This document shows, piece by piece, positions 7,563-14,668 of a stretch of 14,668 bases of DNA. This DNA comes from Gemmatimonadota bacterium (GTDB taxonomy: Bacteria; Latescibacterota; UBA2968; UBA8231): positions 1-14,668 of the forward strand of contig JAYPJE010000081.1 of NCBI GenBank assembly GCA_038128265.1, in the 5' to 3' direction. The number at the start of each line of letters is the position of its first letter. The stretch's first letter is position 1. Position numbers and translations under genes: made by a program. The notes below the pieces were generated by a model. It saw nothing but the letters and a program-made list of their open reading frames with translations, had not been told where the DNA came from and ran no database searches.

Positions 7563-7967
7563 ATGTTCCAATACGCTTTGCTCTTTACAAGCGTTTTGCT
7601 AGTCGCCTGCGCGCCCGAAACGCCTCCCACCCTAGTACACTACGTATCTGCACAAGAAGCGCTAGCCAACGACGATTTTGCCAGCGCACAGCAGGCGCTC
7701 AAAACAATGGGCGACGTCGCCGCAGCGCCGTTGAACGGGCTGGCCACTTCAGCGTCTAATAGCGCTGATATCGATGCGATGCGCACAGCGTTCAAAGCCC
7801 TATCTGCAGAAATCATTAAAAGCGACGTGCCCGATGGATACGTCTTGGCATTCTGCCCCATGGCTGAAAACGACCAGGGCGCGCACTGGATACAAAAAGA
7901 TGGGCCGTCGATTATGAACCCCTACTTTGGCTCTTCCATGCTGCACTGTGGCGTATTTAAGGACTGA
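7563..7967 (+). CDS. DUF3347-like lipoprotein with Cys/Met putative metal-binding motif
   Basis: 134 aa. Strong SD AGGAG at 7552-7556, lipobox LVA-C17, YVSAQEALANDD, MRTAFKALS, and C-terminal FCPMA...GAHWIQ...NPYFGSSMLHCG typical of DUF3347 proteins. Confidence 0.85.
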   Translation: MFQYALLFTSVLLVACAPETPPTLVHYVSAQEALANDDFASAQQALKTMGDVAAAPLNGLATSASNSADIDAMRTAFKALSAEIIKSDVPDGYVLAFCPMAENDQGAHWIQKDGPSIMNPYFGSSMLHCGVFKD

Positions 7968-8011
7968 TCGCCACCTTGTCCCATCTCAAAATGGATTGTT
8001 AATTCTCGACT

Positions 8012-8746
8012 ATGATTCACGTAGATAACGTCACGCGCCGCTACGGTTCGCTCACCGCCGTAGATCGAGTCAGCTTCGACGTCAACACCAACGAGATCGT
8101 CGGCTTTGTCGGCCCCAACGGCGCCGGCAAAAGCACGATGCTCAAGATGCTTTCGACCTTCCTCCTGCCGACGGAAGGCCGCATTACAGTGGACGACCTC
8201 GACGCCATCGAGCATCCGCTAGCCGTTCGCCGTCGCATAGGATACCTCTCCGGCGACACGCCGCTCTATCGCGAAATGCGCGTCGATAAATTTCTCCGCT
8301 TTATCGGGCGCGCGCGCGGGCTAGAAGGCGATGCGCTCGAAAAGGGATTTGACTGGGCCGTCGACGTATGCAGATTGCAAAACGTGCTGCTGCAGCGCGT
8401 CGACGAATGCTCAACGGGGTTCCGCCAGCGCATTGGACTGGCCACCGCCCTCATCCACGATCCGCCGATCCTGCTGCTCGACGAGCCTACGCACGGCTTT
8501 GACCCAATGCAGGTCATGGCGTTTCGCGAAATGCTAATGCGCCTCCGCGACGAGCGCGCCATTCTCTTTAGCACGCACATCATAGCCGACGTAGAAGCCG
8601 TGTCAGATCGCGTGTTGATCATCCATCAGGGACGCCTGCTGGGAGACGGCCGCATTGCCGATTTGGCCGAGCAAAACGACATTGCCGGAGCCGGCCTAGA
8701 AGCCGTCTTCGCCCACCTAGTGCGCACCACGTCGGACGGAGGCTGA
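8012..8746 (+). CDS. ABC-2 type transporter ATP-binding subunit (GldA-like)
   Basis: 244 aa. Walker A GPNGAGKST, signature variant CSTGFRQR, Walker B/D-loop LLLDEPTHGFDP, H-switch STH. Confidence 0.95.
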   Translation: MIHVDNVTRRYGSLTAVDRVSFDVNTNEIVGFVGPNGAGKSTMLKMLSTFLLPTEGRITVDDLDAIEHPLAVRRRIGYLSGDTPLYREMRVDKFLRFIGRARGLEGDALEKGFDWAVDVCRLQNVLLQRVDECSTGFRQRIGLATALIHDPPILLLDEPTHGFDPMQVMAFREMLMRLRDERAILFSTHIIADVEAVSDRVLIIHQGRLLGDGRIADLAEQNDIAGAGLEAVFAHLVRTTSDGG

Positions 8747-8747
8747 A

Positions 8748-9539
8748 ATGAGCGACGCGGAAACCAACGCACTCGAGGCACGCGACAAATTGGGCGTGGG
8801 CCCGTTCGCAAAGGGGCTCAACGTAGTTTTCTCGCGCGAACTGTCCGCCTATTTCGATTCGCCCATTGCCTACATCTACGCCGCCGTATTCCTCGTGCTG
8901 TCCTGCACGACGTTTATGAACTCCTTCTTTCTTGAAGCAGTTGTCGATATGTCGGCCTACTTCGACGTCTTACCGTTCCTGCTCATTCCCTTTATTCCGG
9001 CCATTACCATGCGCACCTGGGCCGAAGAGCACGCGCAGCACACCTTTGAAATGCTCATGACGCTGCCCCTGCATCCGGCCCAAGTCGTGTTGGGCAAATA
9101 CGCCGCGGCACTCGCTTTTTACGCGGCGGTGCTGTTGGGCAGTCTACCGCTCGTTATCATGCTTGTCTTTTTGGGCGAACCCGACCTAGGCGTAATTGCT
9201 ACCTCCTATGTGGGCGCCCTATTTCTCGGCGCCTTCTTTCTATCATTCGGCCTCTTTGCATCGGGCCTGACGCGCGACCAAATTGTCGCTTTTGTGCTGG
9301 CTACGCTCATCGGCTTTGCCTTTGTCCTATCCGGGCACGAGAAGGTCGTCGAAGTGCTAGATGGGTTGGCGCCAACGCTGCAAGCGGGCACCTGGCTCTA
9401 TGAGTCCGTATCGGTGCTCCCGCACTACGAGATCTTTGGTCGAGGCATCATCGCGCTAGTCGACATCGTCTATTTTGTCCTGATGAATAGCTTTTTTGTC
9501 TTTATGAACTACATCAGCCTGCAGAGGACTCGCTATTGA
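8748..9539 (+). CDS. ABC-2 type permease (GldF-like)
   Basis: 263 aa with about 6 hydrophobic helices. RELSAYFDSPIAY, IPAITMRTWAEE...TFEMLMTLP, VVLGKY, SGLTRDQIVAF, RGIIALVDIVYF are GldF-type motifs. Starts 1 nt after the upstream stop. Confidence 0.93.
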   Translation: MSDAETNALEARDKLGVGPFAKGLNVVFSRELSAYFDSPIAYIYAAVFLVLSCTTFMNSFFLEAVVDMSAYFDVLPFLLIPFIPAITMRTWAEEHAQHTFEMLMTLPLHPAQVVLGKYAAALAFYAAVLLGSLPLVIMLVFLGEPDLGVIATSYVGALFLGAFFLSFGLFASGLTRDQIVAFVLATLIGFAFVLSGHEKVVEVLDGLAPTLQAGTWLYESVSVLPHYEIFGRGIIALVDIVYFVLMNSFFVFMNYISLQRTRY

Positions 9540-12500
9540 AGCGCCGCTTTCTGCTGCAGACGGTCCTGGCCTGTGCGCTATTGCTGGGCATAGCGGCCTA
9601 TGTCGGCCGCATTGTGCGCCTGTCCAACAGTTGGTCTATTGGGCAAGCCGATATAGCACAGCTTAGCAGCGATACGCAGCGCTATCTGCAGGCCCTGCCC
9701 GAGCCGCTGTCCATCACCTACTTTGCCACCCGCGCCGAGCGCATGCCGTCGCACCTGAAGGAAACCGAACGCCAGGTGCAGCGCCTGCTCGAAGCGTTTA
9801 AAGAAGCCGCGCCCAACAAAATTGATTTTCGCGTTATCGATCCAGATGCCAGCGGCGCAGCCGGCATATCGTACGCCGCAAGGCGCAAGGCATCGTCGTT
9901 CAGCGTGCGCCGCGTTCTGCACGACGAGCAGTCAGAGCAAAAGATTTGGTCTTCGCTCGTGCTGGCCCCTGCCGGTCGACCAGACGTCCTGATACAGAGT
10001 ATTCAAGAGCAGCATCTACCGCATTTGGAAGGGCTCATCGTAGAGCACCTCAAAGCACAGCAAAATCCGCCGCGCCCGGTATTCGCCGTCGCCGCAAACG
10101 GACCCTATCGCCTGTTGCCGTCCGTGCTCAACGAGCATGGGCAAGTCATCGAAATCGACCTCGACCAGAGCGCCGATATCCCGCTTGAAGCGGACGTTCT
10201 GTTTTGGGCCCAGCCGGGCGTCGTCACGCCAGAGCACGTGCGCAGTTTGCAGCGCTTTATCGAATCGGGTCGCTCGGCCGTGCTAGCCGGCAGCGCCTAC
10301 ACCGTCGGCTATGCCGTGGCGGACGAAGAGGTGCAATACGTCGCACAGCGTTTTGATAGCGCCTGGCACGACCTGCTGCGCCCCTTTGGCCTGCGCCCCA
10401 TTCCCGACCTCTTACTCGATACCAATAGCGGCGTCGTAAACCTCAACGTGGAAGGCCAGCTGCGCGAAGTGGAAGCGCCCTTTCACCTGCGCATGCTCCC
10501 GGCCTTCTACAATATGAAGGGGTTTCGCCTGCCGGCGCGCGGCGGTATCAATTTTGTGGCACCCAGTGCGTTAGAAGTAGATCCCAGTCGCGTTGCCGAG
10601 AGCGGCTTTATCGCCGAGCAGCTCGGCACAACTACGGAAAACGCCCGCGTACTGCCGCTGCCCGAAGGACCATTTGATGACGGCTATCTGCAGGGTGGAC
10701 TGGGCGTGCCCAAGCAAAACCTGCTGGTTCGCCTAAATTCCCAAGATGCGTGGCACGGCGAAGTGCTGGTGCTGGCCAGCGCCGCGCCGTTTCAGGACGG
10801 CATTATAAACCAACCGGGCTATGCGCACCGGGTCTTTGTCAACAATCTGGCGCGCACCTACGGCGAGACCGAGCGCCTAGTGCGCGCACGCGTCGATAAA
10901 CGCCCGCCGCCGCGGCTGGACATGCCCGGTGACGGCCAGCGCCTGCTATGGCGCTTTTTTACCGTTTTCCTCGTTCCGCTCATCGCCCTAGGCGTTGGCG
11001 CAAAGCGCTACCGTATCTGGCAGCGCTTTGCCCTACAGCGCTATGTGGACGCGCAGCGGCTGCGCTGGCCTGCCATCGGCGTGGTGGTCCTGGTGGCAAG
11101 TAGCTGGATTTGGTCGGGGCCGCGACAGGCCTACTTCGACATGACGGAGGAAAAGCTCAACACGCCGGCCGCTACGACGCTTCAGCTGCTACAAGAGAGC
11201 GCCGACAAGGTCCAAGCCAACCTCTACATAAGTCCGCGTGCCACGCTGCCAAGCCCGTTAAAAGGGGTAGAAACGCGCGTAGTCGACCTGCTGCAGCGCG
11301 GAGACATTCCCGTCCGCGTGCAGCGGCCAGAAGGCATGCTGCCCGCCGACATCTCGCTCCTTGGCAATACGGGTATCGGCCCCTTTTCCGTGGAACGCGT
11401 GCAGTACGATACGCTGGCGACCCAAGAGGTGTGGAGCGCACTGCACCTGCAGCGCGAAAATAGAGAGATTGGCCTGGTCCGTCTCGACGAGCGCGCCATG
11501 CCTCATTTCGAATTTCTACTCGCTGCTAGTTTATACCAGCTGCGGGAAGGGCGCGTGCCGCGCATCGCCGTCATCTCCGACCTCCCGCGCCTCTCTCCGG
11601 CTGAAGCGTTGGAAGACTTTCATAAGAAGGGCCTAATTCCTCCGGGCGGGGCCGACGTTTACAGCCAGCTCAAAGAACTGCTGGCAAGCCACCTGTACGA
11701 CGTGCTGCATATCAACCCCAAAGACCCCATCCTGCCGCCGCAAAGCGACGTGCTGCTCTGGCTGCAGCCGCGGCGCGATGCCAGCGCGGTAATCGCCTTG
11801 CTGAGTGAGCACCTGCAGCGCGGCGGCCGTGCCATTGTCGCCCTACAGCACTTTAATATTCAGCAGCGACAGTACCGCGGCAACGGATTCCAAACCGTCT
11901 ACTGGCCGCAGCCGCAGTTCCAGGATTTCGACCGCTTCAGCCGGCTGTTTGGCGTTGAGCAAGTCCGCGAAGTGCTCTTTGACCGCACGCAGTCGCACCT
12001 CGACTTGGAGACGCAGGTCAACCGCACGGCCGTGCGCGAATACGACGCGCAGCAGGTGGCGCTGCCCTTTCTCATCCGCGCCGTTGCCGCCAATTATGCG
12101 CGCCAGACTGCGCTGACGCGCCATCTGGGTGACCTGCTGTTTATATGGGGGAACCGCTTTGCCCTCGATGGCGAACGCCTCGCCGAGCTCGGTATTGACG
12201 CCCAAACGCTCGTGGCTACTTCCGAGCGCAGCTGGGTCTATCCGTGGAGCGGTGGATGGCTGCCGCCCGACGTTTTTTCCAGCACGGACTACTTGCCCGG
12301 ACGGCAACCTCTGGCGGTGCTATTGAAGGGCCGCTTTGATCGCGCCGATCCGATTGAAAACGAGAGCGGCCGCACGGATCTCGTCCTGACGGACAAAGCA
12401 CAGGGCGAGGGGGAACTGCTGCTCATCGGCTCGTCGGAGATGTTTAAAAACGAGTATCTCTACGCGGACGGATTTCAGCACGACCAATTTCTGCTCAATG

Positions 12501-12688
12501 CAACGGCACAGATGGCCTACGGCGAAGCGCTGGCCGAGCTGCAGGCGCGGCGGCCCGTTTCGCGTGGTTTTGCCTTCCAGAGCGCGCAGGCCAAAAGCCT
12601 GTGGCGCGCTTTTGCCATCGGCCTGGCACCAATGCTCTTTGCCGCCTACGGCGCTCTGCGCCTGCGCAGGCTGCGAGGTGGCTCGTGA
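9536..12688 (+). CDS. GldG-like ABC transporter auxiliary membrane protein containing two tandem GldG-type modules
   Basis: 1050 aa from a TTG overlapping the upstream TGA (TTGA). Layout TM - large soluble domain - TM - TM - large soluble domain - TM. Each half has a GldG-like start (LSSDTQRYLQALPEPLSITYF; FDMTEEKLNTPAATTLQLL) and core (ADVLFWAQP..LQRFIESGRSAV; SDVLLWLQP..LSEHLQRGGRAI). Confidence 0.85.
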   Translation: MKRRFLLQTVLACALLLGIAAYVGRIVRLSNSWSIGQADIAQLSSDTQRYLQALPEPLSITYFATRAERMPSHLKETERQVQRLLEAFKEAAPNKIDFRVIDPDASGAAGISYAARRKASSFSVRRVLHDEQSEQKIWSSLVLAPAGRPDVLIQSIQEQHLPHLEGLIVEHLKAQQNPPRPVFAVAANGPYRLLPSVLNEHGQVIEIDLDQSADIPLEADVLFWAQPGVVTPEHVRSLQRFIESGRSAVLAGSAYTVGYAVADEEVQYVAQRFDSAWHDLLRPFGLRPIPDLLLDTNSGVVNLNVEGQLREVEAPFHLRMLPAFYNMKGFRLPARGGINFVAPSALEVDPSRVAESGFIAEQLGTTTENARVLPLPEGPFDDGYLQGGLGVPKQNLLVRLNSQDAWHGEVLVLASAAPFQDGIINQPGYAHRVFVNNLARTYGETERLVRARVDKRPPPRLDMPGDGQRLLWRFFTVFLVPLIALGVGAKRYRIWQRFALQRYVDAQRLRWPAIGVVVLVASSWIWSGPRQAYFDMTEEKLNTPAATTLQLLQESADKVQANLYISPRATLPSPLKGVETRVVDLLQRGDIPVRVQRPEGMLPADISLLGNTGIGPFSVERVQYDTLATQEVWSALHLQRENREIGLVRLDERAMPHFEFLLAASLYQLREGRVPRIAVISDLPRLSPAEALEDFHKKGLIPPGGADVYSQLKELLASHLYDVLHINPKDPILPPQSDVLLWLQPRRDASAVIALLSEHLQRGGRAIVALQHFNIQQRQYRGNGFQTVYWPQPQFQDFDRFSRLFGVEQVREVLFDRTQSHLDLETQVNRTAVREYDAQQVALPFLIRAVAANYARQTALTRHLGDLLFIWGNRFALDGERLAELGIDAQTLVATSERSWVYPWSGGWLPPDVFSSTDYLPGRQPLAVLLKGRFDRADPIENESGRTDLVLTDKAQGEGELLLIGSSEMFKNEYLYADGFQHDQFLLNATAQMAYGEALAELQARRPVSRGFAFQSAQAKSLWRAFAIGLAPMLFAAYGALRLRRLRGGS

Positions 12689-13713
12689 CCCGTCTGCTGA
12701 CCATCCTCGCTGGCCTCTTTGCCGTGCTCGTGCTGACTGAGCGCTACGCCGTCGAACGCGAAGCGGCGCGCGAAGCGCTGTACGGCACGCTGCGTCCATT
12801 GGCACCAGTTGCAGAAAGTGACGTCGCACAAATTGTAGCACAGGCCGGCAACGGCCGCATCTGGCGCTATGCGCGCGTCGATTCCAGCTGGCGCTATCCC
12901 GACTATCACAGCGCCTTTGTGCAGCCGCAGCGCATCGAGCATCTGCTCAACAGCCTATTGCAAGCCGCATCGAGCATCGCCTCCGTCGAGAGCGGCGATC
13001 TACCACACTATGGCTTTATGCCCAACAGTCCACTGCTCACCCTGCTCGACGCCCGTGGCGCGCCCGTACTCACCGCTCGCCTAGGGCGTGGTGCGCCCGA
13101 CGTGCGCGCCGGCGAATCGTATGTACAACTAGCCGGTGCCGACACCATCTACCACCTACACGCCAATCCGGCACACGCATTTGACGGCGGCGATCCGCCC
13201 ATGCTGGACCGCCGCATCCGCCCACGCGCCCTGGAGAGCAGAGCCATCGATCGCATTTCCTTTAGCCAGCCCTCGCCCATTCGCTCGCTCTACCGCGAGG
13301 AGCGCGAAGCGGCCATGCCCGAAATGCCCGGCGCCCCCCCGAGCGGACCGACGTATGCTTGGATCGGCGAGTTTGCCGACGGCGCGCGCGAATGCGTCGC
13401 ACCCAGCGCCTACGCCTACATCGGTTTTCTCGATAGGTTAACCTGGACAGAGCTGCGCGATCCCGCCTCGCACGCCCAAGCCTTTAATGAGGCACGCGCG
13501 CTGTATATGGCCGCTGAAGAAGGGCCTGTCGATACGCTGGAAATAAGCCCTCCCATTGACGGAATCAACCTGCTGCGCTACCGCACGACGGGGCAGGTCT
13601 TTGCCGTGCCCAGCGACAAGGCAGACCTGCTCTTTCCCACTCCGTCGGCCCTATTGGATAGCCTGTCAAAACCCAACGCCTACGAACAGGTCGAGCCCTA
13701 TACGCCCTTCTAA
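12685..13713 (+). CDS. DUF4340-like membrane-anchored extracytoplasmic protein (accessory to Gld-like ABC system)
   Basis: 342 aa from GTG 12685 overlapping the upstream TGA (GTGA). N-terminal TM anchor, then W...VQPQRIEHLLNSL, DLPHYGF, RLGRGAP...SYVQ...IY, as in DUF4340; located directly after the GldG-like gene. Confidence 0.75.
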   Translation: MTRLLTILAGLFAVLVLTERYAVEREAAREALYGTLRPLAPVAESDVAQIVAQAGNGRIWRYARVDSSWRYPDYHSAFVQPQRIEHLLNSLLQAASSIASVESGDLPHYGFMPNSPLLTLLDARGAPVLTARLGRGAPDVRAGESYVQLAGADTIYHLHANPAHAFDGGDPPMLDRRIRPRALESRAIDRISFSQPSPIRSLYREEREAAMPEMPGAPPSGPTYAWIGEFADGARECVAPSAYAYIGFLDRLTWTELRDPASHAQAFNEARALYMAAEEGPVDTLEISPPIDGINLLRYRTTGQVFAVPSDKADLLFPTPSALLDSLSKPNAYEQVEPYTPF

Positions 13714-13729
13714 CCCCAAGAGGCGCCCC

Positions 13730-14575
13730 ATGATCATCGACGTCCATAGCCATGCGTGGCAGTTTCCCGAGCACTTTGACGACCGCTTCCGCCAACAGGC
13801 GCGCGACGTGGCCCGCGCCGATCGCGAGCTCGATCTGAGCGTCACCTACGACGCCTATCGCGCCGGCGCCCAGACCACCGACAAAACAGTTGTTTTTGGC
13901 GGCAAAGCGCGGCTGTCCGGCGTGTGGGTAGACGATGCCTACGTCGCCGCCTATGTCAACGCGCATCCCGAACGGCTCATCGGCTTTCTCTCCGTCGACC
14001 CCACGCAGGACGGCTGGCAGGAAGAGATGCGCTATGGACACCAGGAGCTGGGCTTAAAAGGCATCAAGCTACTCTCCATGTATGCAGGGTTCTACCCGCA
14101 CGACGAAATACTCGACCCGCTGTGGGCCTATGCTAGCGCGCATCAGCTACCCGTGCTCCTACACACCGGCACGACTTTTGTCGCTCAGGCACCCATAGAC
14201 TGCACGCTGCCGCGCCATCTCGATCCAGTAGCGACAAAGTTCCCCGACGTCAAGATTATTATGGCGCACCTAAGCCATCCCTACGAAGGCGAGTGCGTAG
14301 CCGTTATCCGCAAGCACCCCAACGTCTACGCCGACGTCAGCGCGCTGCACTACCGGCCGTTTCAGTTTTACAATAGCCTGATGCTGGTGCAGGAATACGG
14401 CGTCTGGCACAAACTACTCTTTGGCAGCGACTATCCGTTTACAACGATCGATGCATCCATAGACGGTATCCGCTCGCTGAACGACATGCTGGCGGGAACG
14501 GCCCTGCCGCGCTTAGACGAAGGCGAAATCGAGGCGCTGATTCACCGCGACAGCTTGCACCTTCTCGGACTTTAG
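13730..14575 (+). CDS. Amidohydrolase_2 family metal-dependent hydrolase/decarboxylase
   Basis: 281 aa from ATG 13730 with GAGG SD at 13720-13723. IIDVHSH (HxH), LKGIKL, PVLLHTG, IIMAHL, NVYADVS, LLFGSDYP. Confidence 0.93.
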   Translation: MIIDVHSHAWQFPEHFDDRFRQQARDVARADRELDLSVTYDAYRAGAQTTDKTVVFGGKARLSGVWVDDAYVAAYVNAHPERLIGFLSVDPTQDGWQEEMRYGHQELGLKGIKLLSMYAGFYPHDEILDPLWAYASAHQLPVLLHTGTTFVAQAPIDCTLPRHLDPVATKFPDVKIIMAHLSHPYEGECVAVIRKHPNVYADVSALHYRPFQFYNSLMLVQEYGVWHKLLFGSDYPFTTIDASIDGIRSLNDMLAGTALPRLDEGEIEALIHRDSLHLLGL

Positions 14576-14576
14576 T

Positions 14577-14668
14577 ATGCATACTCGACGCCTCTGGTTG
14601 GCCTATGCCGTCGTTATGGCAGGGCTGGCCTGGCTGTGCTTTGGCTCGCTGCGCCACCACCTGCTCGA
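14577..14668 (+). CDS. 5' end of a probable membrane or exported protein, truncated by the window edge
   Basis: ATG 1 nt after the upstream TAG; open to the window end: MHTRRLWLAYAVVMAGLAWLCFGSLRHHLL (basic N-terminus plus hydrophobic helix). Confidence 0.6.
   Translation, partial: MHTRRLWLAYAVVMAGLAWLCFGSLRHHLL

Noticed and set aside
3595..7967. Impression of more A/T-ending codons in the middle block, suggesting horizontal acquisition
   Set aside because: Not quantified, no integrase, tRNA or flanking repeats seen, and low expression would explain it equally well.
8012..12688. Gliding motility genes gldA/gldF/gldG
   Set aside because: Family resemblance only; such clusters are widespread in non-gliding bacteria and no other gld/spr genes are present.
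12601..13729. Longer N-termini for the DUF4340 (12601) and amidohydrolase (13556) ORFs
   Set aside because: They overlap upstream genes extensively; GTG 12685 and ATG 13730 fit coupling or SD and the family N-termini.
387..14660. Numerous alternative-frame and antisense ORFs of 60-180 aa in the ORF track
   Set aside because: All overlap well-supported genes, have Arg/Ala/Pro-rich shadow composition and lack recognisable motifs; expected at high GC.

Overview
GC-rich, gene-dense bacterial window with 12 complete CDSs and one partial CDS at the right edge. I see no rRNA, tRNA, CRISPR array or mobile element. Left block (+): mandelate-racemase-subgroup enolase-superfamily enzyme, Gfo/Idh/MocA oxidoreductase, Zn-ribbon rhomboid protease and NUDIX hydrolase. 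One minus-strand gene follows, a TrpD/YbiB-like protein lacking the canonical PRPP loop that resembles the plant 'anthranilate phosphoribosyltransferase-like' proteins. It is divergent from a soluble ABC-class ATPase (PF09818/MRB1590-like). Right block (+): DUF3347-like Cys/Met lipoprotein, then a GldA/GldF/GldG/DUF4340-type ABC system whose GldG-like subunit is a 1050-aa tandem fusion of two modules, then an amidohydrolase_2 enzyme and the start of a membrane protein. Best leads are the tandem-GldG ABC system with its upstream metal-type lipoprotein, the plant-like TrpD homologue, and a CCCATCTCA motif seen three times in non-coding DNA. All family calls come from recognising motifs by eye; no database searches were run.
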